From NCBI RefSeq assembly GCF_039877785.1, contig NC_092066.1, positions 5,187,152 to 5,251,151 on the forward strand: DNA of 64,000 nt, written 5' to 3'. Below the pieces are notes generated by a model, which saw only the letters and a list, made by a program, of their open reading frames with translations, was not told where the DNA came from and did not search any database. A program made the position numbers and the translations under genes. This DNA comes from Chaetodon trifascialis. Its lineage: Eukaryota. This document shows positions 1 through 12,679 of the stretch, piece after piece (the stretch's first letter is position 1; every line of letters begins with the position of its first letter).

Positions 1-531
1 GCGACGCATACAAATAGACCAATTGTTGATGAGTCAGAGTACAGCATTGACAAATATTTAACATCATCCCCTCGTGTCGATAGTAACGCTGATGGAGAGG
101 CGTTAAAATAAGGATGACGACGTTTGCATGAGTAACATTCAATGGGGGGTTTCCAGAAGCGAGCCGGTCCACTTTGTTAAAACCACCCAGATTTTATTCA
201 GCATTTATTAGCTTTCATTTTCTGGAGAATATTCAAAAAAATAATCTCTCTTCCAATTTAAGTTATTTAGGTTTATCTTAGATTTCCACGAAGCAAACCA
301 CCAGTTTTAACGCAGTTTAGCAGATTCATTCAGCTCTAGTGAATCCATGAATTGCTGAATTGAATAAGGGATAGATAATCGCTTTAGGTTTCGATATCCA
401 ATAACAGGGCTCAATGTAAAACTGATCTTTAGTAGTTTGAGACAGAAAACAACCATCTGCACATGCGTGAGAGATATGTTCATAAAAACATCAGTTTAGC
501 TGCAGATTTACTGCGTTTCTCTGCTTTTCAG

Positions 532-536
532 CCAAT
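532..536 (+). promoter_or_regulatory. myadm: CCAAT box (cagCCAATga) upstream of a putative non-coding first exon (about 690-829, donor aaaag|gtaacc) that may splice to the myadm acceptor at 4627.
   Basis: CCAAT sits in a canonical YY..CCAAT..A context. A GC-rich segment with GT donor lies 160-300 bp downstream. The linkage to myadm is inferred from the spliced acceptor at 4627 and human MYADM's multiple 5'UTR exons. Confidence 0.3.
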
Positions 537-622
537 GAAAATGTGGAGGAAATGTCATTTTAAAGGACGGTGAACTTCTGCTGCACTACATTGGGTGTGT
601 TAGGCAGCAGAGTCCCGGGCTG

Positions 623-652
623 GAGGAGGAGGAGGAGGAGGAGGAGGAGGAG
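623..652 (+). repeat. (GGA)10 microsatellite.
   Basis: ggaggaggaggaggaggaggaggaggagga. Confidence 0.9.
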
Positions 653-2060
653 AGTTCAGACAGATGTGAATAACGGTGCAGACATTTGATGCCTAATTTG
701 GCTTGCTGGGCGGGGAGCTGCTCCTCTGAGCTGCTTAGTCAAGTCTGGGAGCTGAGGAGTCGCAATCCACGAGTCTGCACCGCTGGACGTCCCGGAGAGC
801 AGAGACCATCCGCAGCCAAGGGTCCGAAAAGGTAACCAACATTCACACAAAGCTGACTGCGGTGAAGAGAAGTGTTGAGCCGAGGAGGAAAATACTTTGT
901 TCAGCTGCAACTTGTTGCATCTTGCGTACCTGCGAGGAAGAATGTGACATATGTGCAGCCGGAGTGCTTTTCTTTTTTGCATGTTAAAGGACATTTTCTC
1001 AGTTTTTAGCAAGGAATTGGGCTTTTGTTTTGAGATCACGGAGTCTACATTTGAAATGAGTTTGTAATATATATATATATGTATGAAAAAAAAGTTGAGA
1101 GTAGGAGGAAAAGCTCTGAAGGATTACATGTTTTTCTAAACTGCTCCCTGGTGAGCTCTGTTAGGATTTTCTACTGCAGTGTTTTTGGGGTGAGTGATTT
1201 TCAGGCATTCAGCAAAGAAAAGTGCAGTTTTTCTTCACTTATTTCTGTGTTTTGGGTCAGTTTTGTGTCAGTAGGCTGCAGTGTGGTGTGTGTGGTGTGA
1301 GCAGGGTGCGGCAGGCGGCACACCCACCTTCACCGTCAATGAATGAAGCTCTGCAGGAGCCTGACACACAGCTGTCACACTGACACACACTGTTTTACGG
1401 GGGTATTTACTCTCTGTCTGTAAACGTGCCTGAATTGCACTGAGGACATGTATTTAGATTCTCACCGACAACTTCTTCATTGTTCTGCATTTAAAGCAGA
1501 GAAGTAGTGGGTGTGGTGGGTCGGTCTGCCTGGAAAAAAGGTGGTGACCCTTGAAAAATAATCAGTGTGTGTTTCACAAGAGAGATTTAGTGTCTTATGA
1601 CGCTCAGCACGCTGTCAGAGTCTCCTCCAGTCTGGCAAGAAAAGCTATCTGGGCGAAAATGCTGAATATCTGGGATTTTTTTTTTTTTTTTTTTTCAAAA
1701 ACACACAGACGCACACTAATATACTAACAGTGAGCTATCTCACACACGCACACGAGGATGGTTTGCCAACAGAGCTCGTCTTGTGCTTTGACCCACGGAT
1801 CCCCTGTAAGTGGATTATGGGTGAAATCGAGTTAGCGATGTTGTGTCATGACAACCAAACAAGCAGCGCACATGACCTCTCCTCCTGAGACAAACACTTG
1901 TTTCCCGGCCATCTCGGCCCTGTGTGTGTGGAAGTGTGTTACTCAAGCTGCGGGGACGTAAATCTGTCCACGCAGTCACACCCCAGGGACCCGCCTCCCT
2001 TATGGGAACAAAATACAAGTCCTCATAATGTAAATCATAGCATTTTAGGGTGAGGACTTG

Positions 2061-2091
2061 GGTTAAGGTTAGGGTTAGGGTTAGGGTTGGG
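2061..2091 (+). repeat. Interstitial telomeric repeat, about four to five copies of (TTAGGG)n.
   Basis: ggttaaggttagggttagggttagggttggg. Confidence 0.8.
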
Positions 2092-4735
2092 CACTAGTGG
2101 CTATGGTAAGTCTCCAGGAAATGAATGCAAGTCTATGTAATGTCCCAGAAAGTGACGGAAACGTGACTGTCTGTGCAGGACAAACTCTCCTGCTATCAGT
2201 ATGAAAAGTGACTGTGCAGATGATGGTGTCACATCCTGCTTGCATGAACCGATTTTCAACGCCTCTCCAGTCGGGGAAATGCTCCCTGCCTGTGCGATCG
2301 TGTCGTGTTTTCCATGCCGCGCCGTGAAAAGACACTTTTCCACACTGGGCTCTTGCTTCTCCTCTCTTTTTCTGCTTCATTCCTCTGCCATTTTCCTCTC
2401 CCATTTCTTTCCTAACTCGATTCCATAAGGGGCAAAGTAATGGCGGCGAGAGTGGCGGGATTGATTTTTCCATTACGACCCTCCGTATACGTTTATTTTG
2501 AGTGGTTTACATGAAGCATAATTGGTACCCTGACTTTAAAGCTGGAGTGGGAGCTTTGAGCTGGGGAGGGAGAAAGAGGACAACTGATGGAAAAGAGAGG
2601 GAACAGCCGCCAAATGAGACTATGAGGAGGGAAGGAAGGAAAGAAAAAGAGAGGGGAGGAAAGAACTTGGCAAATATGACAAAGTTACCAGTTGTTCAGC
2701 AGCAGCCAGACTGCAGCACATCTGGAACGCATCAGCAAGTTGGAAAATCTTACAAGAAGTAAAGGAGAAGGGGGGAGAGAAAGGAGGAAAGAGAGGGGCC
2801 CAGTGGTGACTCACTCCTCTGCTATTCCACTCCATCACTGTGTTTAATCTATGTGTCCTTCTGTGGCTGAGGCACAGGGCTTCCCCCGTGTCCCTCCCTC
2901 TTTTTACTCCCCTCCCTCCCCTCCACTCCCTCTTGGCTTCAAGTGAGCCGACCCGCAGGAGTTTTAGGGGTCTCTTTTTCCATTTCTGCCTCTTCTCTCT
3001 ATTCATACCTCGCCACCGGTTCAGCTTTTCGCCTCTGCAGCCTTGACTGTTTTATAGGTGTTTAATGGGACTAATGTAAACAGGCCTCCTCGTCCTTGTT
3101 TAGAACTGTCTCTCTGTGTAAACTGGGACCAAGGAGTGCAGCGCTTGAGGAGCCAAGTAGGCGATGGGTGTCAGGAATGACGGGAGGGAGGACAGCCAGT
3201 GTGGACAGAGGGCCTCCGCTCTGTGAAAATGTCCACCATGTCTTCTTATATGTCTATTTGTTGCTTAATATCTTGTTTTTCTGAAGGCAGATCAGCTGGT
3301 TTCTAGACATTTTGTGCAGCCAGTTGAAAAAATTCTTACTCACATCCAGAAATATTTTCCAGAAATAAAACACCAGTTTTCATAAGTCTCAGCAAGAGCT
3401 TCTTCGTACAGTCTCCGTTATGCAGCAATGTTCAATAGCAATTTATCCCAGAGGAGGAAGACGATGACTGCAGTCTCATTAGATCACAGTAGATCGCAGC
3501 TGCACGGGTTGCGGTTTAAGTCATTTGTATTAACTGGAAAACCCCGTCACTGCCTTGCAATGAGTGCAACTGAATTCAGCCATTTCACACCTGATCTCAC
3601 GTCTCTGGGCCGAGCTGAAAACATGACATCACCCGTTACTTTCAGAATGGGCCTCATGAAGCCCGGAGTTGAGGTTGACACCTTTTTGTCAGATATCAGG
3701 GCCACAGAATTCAAATCTGAGGCCGAAGGTGCAGTAAAGGGACAACCAACAAGCTTGGAGGTTATATCCTGTCCGGATTGGAATCGTGCCAAAAGCAGAG
3801 CTGAAGAGATGTCAAATAATCAATGAGCTGATCACAAATAATTTTGATAATGCAGCTGAAAAAGTGATGAAGCAAAAATGGTTTCAGCTTTGCAAATGCA
3901 AGTTTTTTTAAGATGTAACATTCAGCTTTTGGGATTTCTGATGGCATCACTTCAGCCAATCAGATCAATGAAGTATGTGACATGATAAATCAAACGCTTG
4001 CTGAAGCCAGCGTCAGGAGAAGAGTGATGAATTCCCATCAGAACATTAGATTGTGTGTCCATCCCTCCTGATAAGAACCTGATTGAGAAAATCCTTTGAC
4101 TTTGATAAGACCCAGCAGTACTAAATTTAAAGCCTCGGTGAGAGCTGAGATTTGATTGCAGCGTAAACGGGGTCGCTGGGAGTGGGAGTAAAGAGCGCCA
4201 TGTTTAGAGCATGATGACAGACACACTGTAGGGTCGCTGGATGTTGAGGCGCCACGCCCGTCACCGAGGACATGAGCGTGGAGGAATGTCAGAGGGAAAC
4301 AGTCTGCACTCAGCGCAGGAATGCTGTTGAGAAAGAGCTTGATATGAGACTAAATAACCAGAGAAAAAGAAAGCGAGTGTTTACCACACGGTTTGACCAG
4401 ATGTAAATGTGATGTGGCCACAGTGCAGCCATTATTTGTGGTTTGAAATTGTGTTTTCATGCTTTCAGTTGTTGTTTCACCCATTCATAAAAATACAATA
4501 ACAGCATTGTGTGCTTCAGAAAACGGTGTGTAGGAGTACATAGGCTGCTCCAAGCTGTTGTCCTCATGTGGTCATAACTTATAAAAATCTTGCTTAATAA
4601 TTATTTTCAATATCTTTTTGTCTTGCAGTTTCGTCTCTGAGTGGCTGAGCAGAAAATCTGAGGAAGCGAAGAAAAAAGGCTAGAATCTCGCAGGAACCTT
4701 TTCAGCTTCTCTCATCACCTTCTACATCTCACATC

Positions 4736-5617
4736 ATGGCTATAGTCCTCCACTCCAACCCTCTCCTATGGACACGGTTGGCAGCCATGGTCTTCTCCTG
4801 CGTGGCCTTCTCTGTGGCCGTGCATGGCGGCAGGCTCTTCCACGGCACTGGAGACTGGTGCATCTTCTGCTGGGCCTTCAGTTTCGCCGGGACTCTTCTC
4901 GTCATCCTGGTGGAGGTGTTCGGCCTTCAGACCAGAGCCCCTGTTTCCTGGAAGAACTTCCCCATCACCTTCGCCTGCTACGCTGCCCTGCTCTGCCTGT
5001 CCGCCTCCATCATCTTCCCCCTCTACTTCCTCAAGGGCTCCACGGGCCCGAGTGAAATCCGCGACTACCGCATCGTGTCGACCGTCTTCTCCTGCCTGGC
5101 CACCATCGCCTACATGAGCGAGGTGAGCATCAGCAAGGCGCGTCCAGGTGAGGTGGCCGGCTACATGGCCACAGCCCCTGGCCTGCTGAAAGTCTGCGAG
5201 ACCTTTGTGGCCTGCATCATTTTTGTCTTCGTCAGCGACCCTGTGGTGTACGATCGTCACGATGCTCTCAAGTACTGCATGTCTGTCTACTGCATCTGCT
5301 TCATCCTGTCGGCGGCCATCATCCTGCTCTGTATTGGCGAGTGCACCGGCTGTCTCCCCTTCCCGTTCGCCCGCTTCCTGTCTGCCTATGCCCTGCTGGC
5401 CATGGTCCTCTATCTGTCAGCAACCATTATCTGGCCCATCTTCAACTTTGACCCAAAGCATGGCGGAACGAAACAAAGGCCCTACAACTGCAGCAGCGCA
5501 CTGGGGCTCTGTGTGTGGGATAAGCTCATGGCGGTGGCCGTGCTCACTGCTGTCAACTTCATCCTCTACCTGGCCGACCTGATCTACTCCACCCGTCTGG
5601 TGTTTGTCAGTGCTTGA
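4736..5617 (+). CDS. myadm: Myeloid-associated differentiation marker (MYADM)-like protein with two MARVEL-type four-TM repeats, 293 aa, single coding exon. An upstream acceptor at about 4627 suggests a spliced 5'UTR.
   Basis: The uninterrupted 882-nt ORF matches human MYADM along its length, for example [22 protein letters not shown] versus human [22 protein letters not shown]. The Thr-rich N-terminal extension of human MYADM is absent. Confidence 0.85.
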   Translation: MAIVLHSNPLLWTRLAAMVFSCVAFSVAVHGGRLFHGTGDWCIFCWAFSFAGTLLVILVEVFGLQTRAPVSWKNFPITFACYAALLCLSASIIFPLYFLKGSTGPSEIRDYRIVSTVFSCLATIAYMSEVSISKARPGEVAGYMATAPGLLKVCETFVACIIFVFVSDPVVYDRHDALKYCMSVYCICFILSAAIILLCIGECTGCLPFPFARFLSAYALLAMVLYLSATIIWPIFNFDPKHGGTKQRPYNCSSALGLCVWDKLMAVAVLTAVNFILYLADLIYSTRLVFVSA

Positions 5618-8600
5618 GGGAAGAGAAAGGATGTCAGGCCTGCAGTATGCTCCAAATGAAATTGAATTTGGCATGTTCTCAAAGGCTGTCGAGCTGCTGT
5701 CAAATACAGTGCTGCGAGCAAATGAGACTCTGGTCTGTTTCTTTAATGGCGTCCACACCAGCTGGAGGAGCCTGTGCGTCATGCTGGGAACAGACTGTAG
5801 AGTTATACCAGAACTGGTGTAGTTTATTGATGTATTTTAATCTAGTGTGACTTCAATGTTGTTTGATTTGGAATTTGCTCTGAAAATTAAAGAAATTGAT
5901 TCCACTGTAGTTCTGGTAGTACAAAATAGTAGGATAGGTGGAAGTGGCCCAAAGTACTTGTGTAATGCTTGACCCAGTATGTGCTGGAGATAATAATGTA
6001 TGTATAATGTACTGGGGGAATTGAATGTTGCCTTTTAAAGAAATTGGCAAGTTTAGCTGGCTAACCTGGTTAATCCAACCAAAAATGTTGTGGTTTTTGG
6101 CCCCAAACTCACAGTTTTGCCTCTGCAAACCTGCCAAATTTGATTCTGTGTAAAGTATACTGCCAGCTTGAGGACTGTAGAGTTGAGTGAGACTAGAAGG
6201 AGAGGTTGAGGTCAGTGGCTATGTTTACACGTACAACAATATTTCCTTAAATTACTAGGGCTTTCTGTTCATGTGTTGGAGCAAGTTAATGTCAAAACTT
6301 GCTTCCTGTGTCCTGGAAAGACTCTCATCTTAATTATAAGAGACCTGATGTGATTGCTGGAACATGCTGACATTACCCGAGTCATTTAAAAATCTTTTTT
6401 TTTTTTTTTTAAATCAGTTTTAATGGCAGAAAACAGGATTATTTCATGCAGATGAGTAAGCTATTAAAAGAATCTCCTGGACAAGACTCTAACAAGGATA
6501 CAAGCTAACACCCAAAATACTATGTGCATGTAAACATAGTCTGCAACGACAAATGAAGATAAGACAAAGAAAATGGCGGCTTGTTATTGTGTTTTCATTA
6601 CATTTTATTATATATATATAATGCATATGTCATTGCTCTGCCTTGTTTTCAATTTGACGCCAGGTATAAGAAAACTGTGGAGCAGTATTTCTAATTTTAA
6701 CCGCTAAAGGACAAAATGTAGAACAATAATGAATATTAGCTAAACGGAGCCAAGGTTAACTGTTGGAACAAATATTTGAATGCCATACAAATCTAAGAAA
6801 ATCCAAGATTTTAAAGAACGTTAATTCAGCAGTACGCAGAGCAGCTGATCGGGTCATATCATTCATCATTTGCCATTTTTTACGGCGCCACTGTTTTAAG
6901 ACTTGAAGTAGCTTCCATGATGTTAAGATGAATGCTAGGCTAGCTTTTTGCTCCTGTTATGATATATGTGTATCTGCGAGCTACAATCAATGGCAAGAAT
7001 ATATATGTGGCAAGAACATGTGCAAGATTGTGGATTTCAAAAACAAGAAAAGTATGTTCAAAGTGCACTTAATATTAGTATTTTCTATGCGTGTTTAAGT
7101 CTCTGGTGTCTCCAAATAGTAATGCATCTATTAACACCAAACTCACACCACTAAATTCCTAGAATTTGTCAATTTGGTCTATTGGTTTTGTACTGCTGTA
7201 GAAGAAATTGTCTCTCTCCAGATGTTGTTAGTGTTATATTCTTCAACTTTTTTATATTCCACTGTTCATGTTTCTAGTGTGCATACCACATCAGTGTTGT
7301 AGGAAACGTAATCCAGTGTTTCAATAAAACCACATGGTAAACAGATGTGTGTGTGGTTGTGTCATGGTTGGTTTGATTAAAGGTGCCGTATAACCCACTT
7401 TCATTCTTTCTTTCTTTTGTTTTTTTGACATGCTGGTGGAGTAGCTCTATAGCAATATCAGTCAGTCAGTTGGTCCACCACTTTGGAGCATATTGAAATA
7501 TCTCAACGGCTATTTGTACAGCTGTCATATCTGCTTGGCACTAATGAGTGTAAGAGACTGTCAAAAGTGATTCTACAACTGTCTTTAAATTTGGCAAATG
7601 TACGTCAAAACTTTCACAAGAAAAAAGAGCAATGTTGAGTTAACTGAAACAAAAACGAATAAGCATCTCCTTTATCTACACGTCACACTTCCCTGTTTAC
7701 TTTATCTCTCACCACATTTTCTCCTTTCCCACCTCCTCCCTCCACCACCAGATTCGCTCTAACTCTCTGCCTACCCCAGTATGACCAACAGGGGCTTGAA
7801 CATATCTCGGGACCCCTGGGTCTCGACTGTCAGGAGGACTGACTGCTGGGGACCACTGCGTCTGAGGGGCGGAGTGGGAGTAAACATTTCAGTCATCTAT
7901 GACCAGGAAAGGAGACGGCAGAGACGCCCAGTTCTGACACAATGACATGTCATGAAGTTCATTTTGTTTAAGGAAGGGTTGTACCCTGTGGGAACATGGC
8001 TACTGCAATGGCAAACCCAGCCACCGGCAAGTTAAGAGTTAGTCTACCTGGATCATAAGGCGGGATCATAGTGACATTTGCAGTGATTGTCAAGTTTGGT
8101 TTACATATATATTCAAAAATAAGTTTGTTTGAAGTCCCGTAAAATCAAAGAAAGAAGAAGGTGAAAGAGAAGCTGTTTTAATTAAAGGCTTGTAAAAGCA
8201 TTGGAGAACATTGTACATTAAATTTGCCAAATTTATATCTGATATTCTTTGCTCTGATAAACAATACAAAGTAGAGTTTTATGCTATAGGCTATGAGCTT
8301 TTATCTTAATTACCTTGTTTTTCCTCTCATCCCAGCTGCTGTTGTGTACAGTGAAAAGTCCTGCAGGGGGTGGCCTTCCTACTCCCCTTAGGTGACTAAA
8401 TCAATTCTTGGCCCTCCCACACTGACCCTAAAAAGAACAAAGGGTGCAAGTCATCAGCACTACAATAGCTTGATACAATCTCAAATGAAAGGGGCCACAG
8501 AAAGAACTGTGTCTCAAACGCAGCATCGCGTTTCCACTCTTTAAACGGATGTGTTGTTCTCAACGCAGCCAAGAGTGAAGTGTGTAACAACATGCTGAAT

Positions 8601-9250
8601 TACAGCACAACACAAAACTGAAAACATGCAGCTAATTAAAATAGACACACAGATACGCTGAGTGGTCGGAAAGAGCCGACATTCCTTCCGTGCAGTTGCA
8701 GCTTGCAGCTCTCTGTTTGGCTTTAGTTGGGACTCTAACCTCTTCTCTTTCCAAACCATAACTCTCACGGGCAAACAGCTGTCCAAGCTGTGTGTGAGTA
8801 ACAAGCAAAGTCATTTTGCTGGGCTATTCCCTAATATGATCATTTAATGTCAACACATTTGTGTCCTCTGACTCCACACTGACCCTTGACTGTGTTGTAA
8901 TTTGTCACTTCCACTGCAGCATCTCCAGTTAGCCACGGGTTCGAAGGGGAACTGGAACAGTTTAACATATAAAGGTCTGTGTATTCGTCACGGGGGGTAC
9001 TACTCATTCGATGAAGCAACATGTTGTGGTTTTATAGGGGGTCGTGCACGGGGCTATTTCTTGGCCACCTGCTGTGACTTCCTCTCTGCTGGTTGCCTGG
9101 CAACTTCAGTGCAACGTAGGAAGGAAGTTCCTGCTCCTTGCCAAGAAATAGTCTTGCACATAATCCCCTATAAACCCCAACTTTTTTGTTTTCACTCTTA
9201 ATTGTACAGCTAAAACACCTGTTAATTAGTGAACTCTGGAGGCGATGATA

Positions 9251-9352
9251 GGCGGATTATATTACCTTTGGATAGAACCAGGCTAGCGGGTTTTTTTTTT
9301 TTTTTGGTTTCCAGTCTTTATGCTAAGCTAAGCTGAGCTAAGCTAAGCTAAG
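9251..9352. repeat. Second, rearranged copy of the same MITE-like family (internal segment, T15 run, then terminal repeat gtttccagtctttatgctaagctaagct).
   Basis: ggcggattatattacctttggatagaaccaggctagc matches the reverse complement of 21385-21421, and 9306-9352 matches the reverse complement of the left terminal repeat. Confidence 0.5.
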
Positions 9353-12300
9353 TGCCCGCTGGCTGTAGCATCAAATTTCACATACAGACATGAGAGTGGT
9401 ACCAATTTTCTGATCTAACTGCTTTAAGTCTGTCTCTTGCAAGTCTGAAGTTGAGCGCTAAATCATTGGAGCACCCCTCCCCCTCTTTCATTCATTCAGT
9501 CTGCAAATGCTTGTTTCTCCCCAGGTCCTGAAAGCTTGCAGTGAATCACTCTAATGCAGTTTCGTTTTGTCCATGACTGCCTCAGCTGTCCAGTACGGAG
9601 AGATAGTACAGATAGATACAGTAAATGGAGTTGTGACTGTTTCTGATACTCACAGCTCAGTATTTTCATTGGAAATAGACTCCACTGGAGAAATATTCCA
9701 TATGAAAATGATTTAAAGCAAGTTTTAATGTCCTGGATTAGTCTGAGTAGTCCTAATAAACCTGGAAGCACACACTCCTGTATTTTAGCCAGGCAGCACA
9801 GCTTGATAGCCCTGTCACTCGTCAGTCCGCCACTATGGTTCAAACTGAAATATCTCTCTAATGATCGAATCTAATCTAATAACTGCTGGATGGATTGTCA
9901 TGAAATACTGTACAATATTGTATTGTTTGGTCCCCAGAGGCTGACTTTGACTTTGGTGATGCAAATGTTAGCATGCTAACAAGCTAAACTAAGATGGTGG
10001 ACATGGTGAACATTACAGGTTTCCTGGTTAACATTGTCATTATGAGTATGTTGCCATGCTAGTGTTATCATTTAGCACAAAGCACACACCTAAGTTTAGC
10101 CTCACATAGCTGCTAGCTTGGCTTTGTTTTGTTAAATGCCACTTATGCAATAATAACGAGTATTTGTATCAGTAGAGAGTATTAGTATGAGTTAGCATAT
10201 TAGTGTCACTATCGGTCAGTACCAGTCTTCCAGAGGCAGTATTAGCAGCAGTATTACAGTGGTTGTTTCAGTACTAGAATCATTATGGTACTAAAGTCTG
10301 TACATTTGTGTATTACTGTTAAATCACACTAACAGCAGGCAGCAGCAGCCCGACTGCTTGGTATTCCTCCCACATACCTCAGTCATCCTATAGTTAGCTT
10401 GTCTTTTGGGACTCCAGCTCTCCACTCGGGGGCTAGGTTTATACATAATGGTCAGTCTGTTAGCACATGTAGGCTCTTTGTGATTGAATGGAGGCATTTC
10501 CATTAAGGGTTAGGGTTTGCTGCTGTTTCATGAACCTGTGTGTGTCAGTCAAGCTGCTTCACAGAACTCGCTGTCTGATGTTTGAGATTATACCTCCCCC
10601 TGGTGTGTGGACAGAGGAGCACTGATTGCTCCTCCATACTAATACAAAACATTATAATGTAGGAAATAACAGGGCGTCAGAAGGACACTTCTTATTTCTC
10701 TATCTGATTATTGTGTTAAGATACGATAAATGAAATGAAGTACTTTTCCCGAGCGGAAGGCTGAGTGACCTCCTAAAATGAAATGTTTTAGTAGGTCATT
10801 CAGTAGCTTTAAGTCGGAGTGACCTCGCTTGTCTATTCATGAGCTGGGAAACTATGCTTTACAGATAATGACCAATAAAGTTGGCTGTAAAGAGAATTTC
10901 CGAGACTTTATCTTATCAGAAACATGTGGCCCAAAATTGAGCCAGCAAACAGTCACCTTGTTATGTTGCTCAGCGTTCTGGCAAATTAATAATTTCAAAG
11001 CATTTCAAGCAAGTCAAGGCTGTGCTTATTAGTTAACATTAAGGTGCTTGTTTTTTTCTTTTCTTGTTTTTTTTTGTTATTAACTGCCTTTTATGCTTAC
11101 ATAGTTGCTCATTGATGTTCTTTTCTACATTTTTCTTCCTTCCTTTAAATATGTGAGTTATTTCATGAGAGGAGTGTGTCGTAATAAAGGAAAAGTTTAT
11201 ATTCTTGAATTTTCTTCTTCCACTATTAAAGTGCTAAGTTGCCCAAGAAAAACATTCATGAGAGGAGAGGAAGGTAGAAAACGTATTCATCATCTTGGTG
11301 AGAGGTTTGTGTTTGAAGTTTTACTTCTTCATTATTTTTGCCACTTTCACCTCATAAACTTTCCTGAGCTGCAGCCAGACAGAAAAGAAGGAGCTGGAAC
11401 AACAATAGTCAGTGTCATGAAGGAATTATGGATTCAGACTAAAGCAGTAAGTTCTTCTTAGAAGATGTTCAAAGCTCTACACCAACTGTATCTATCTCTT
11501 ACCATTCAGGCTTTTTTGGGCTTGAGCTCCCAACATGCCCATTTATGGTCGCACCGATGCATTTAGTCCCATAAAACTGTCAAGAAAACATATAATGCTA
11601 CTTTAGCGTCTTTTGGTTAGGTTGCTGCGTTTTTATTGCCTTTGCTGTTGTGCAATAATTACGCACTTTTGTCTAACTTTCTTGCAGCCACACTCTTTTT
11701 AGTGGAGAAAGTAGAATTAGCAGAAAATGAAACCTGTAAATTTTACATAATCTGTCAAACAGTTGCTGATTTAGGACGGTGGAGGCGTCCTGGTCCCGAG
11801 TCCCCCCAGGTGGCACTGTTCTTCAACACATAGCTGCTTGCTTCAGAGAGGATTTAAATATTTCTCATACAAACCTTTCAAACAGCTTTAACAGTCATAG
11901 CTGAGTCATGTCATCTTTTCACGAGGTCAAACTACCTTTTGTCTCTTGTCAGCTTACTGATCAGTAAAGTCTTTGTGAACAGCAGCATATTTTACTACTT
12001 TTCTTCACTAATATGTTATGACATTGAACTACTATGAATAAATCTGGCGGTGCAGAAAAATTCTGAAATTTTTGCTGCTATTTGGCAAGACACGATCCTA
12101 AATCTTACTAAGGAAATTTCTATCACATCAAGGAACTGAGCAGATAAATGTGCTCTGTCTGCACATACTCAGGAAAAAGAAGTACTTATGTCTCCTGAAA
12201 CACAGGACATATATTTATATAGATATGTGTGATAATAGATGCCGTAGAGAGTACAGTATGTTGCATAATATCTTATTAAACCCTATAGTTTTCTGTAAGG

Positions 12301-12608
12301 TTTAAGCTTTTGTCCTTCAGTCCCTCTATTCTGGATTCACCTTCTATGAGTGTTAATTTTTCCTTGTAAAACACATGACACACCAAACCAAGCACGTTCT
12401 TGTATAATTTATATTGAAAACATGTTAAAAACATTAGTTTCCCTTTATAAAACAATAACAATTACCTGTGGTCATAATTACAACAGTGTCCTGGTAATCA
12501 AATTCCCCTGTCAACATTGCATGTAACTGGAGCCATGCATCTTCATACCAAGTGCATAATGGATTTAAAATGATGCTGAATATCAAATGGGGACGAGCTG
12601 CTCCGAGC

Positions 12609-12679
12609 TCAGTTTGGCTGGTTGTCCATCTGTGAGCCTGACTGGTAAGACTGGATGTCCTCCCCGATGAACTCCGTCA
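12609..12679 (-). CDS. nfatc4: nfatc4 terminal coding exon. The stop codon is at 12611-12609.
   Basis: Acceptor ttcctccgcag. Encodes [23 protein letters not shown], matching the human C-terminus EEVSEIIGRDLSGFP. Confidence 0.7.

Noticed and set aside
3428-3826. 132-aa ORF upstream of myadm.
   Set aside because: No recognizable domain, no splice-site context, Kozak context or conservation cues. It is probably intronic or UTR sequence of the myadm 5' region.
4766-5582. Several 95-164-aa ORFs overlapping the myadm CDS in other frames and strands.
   Set aside because: GC-rich coding sequence commonly yields stop-free alternative frames. Only the 293-aa frame matches MYADM.
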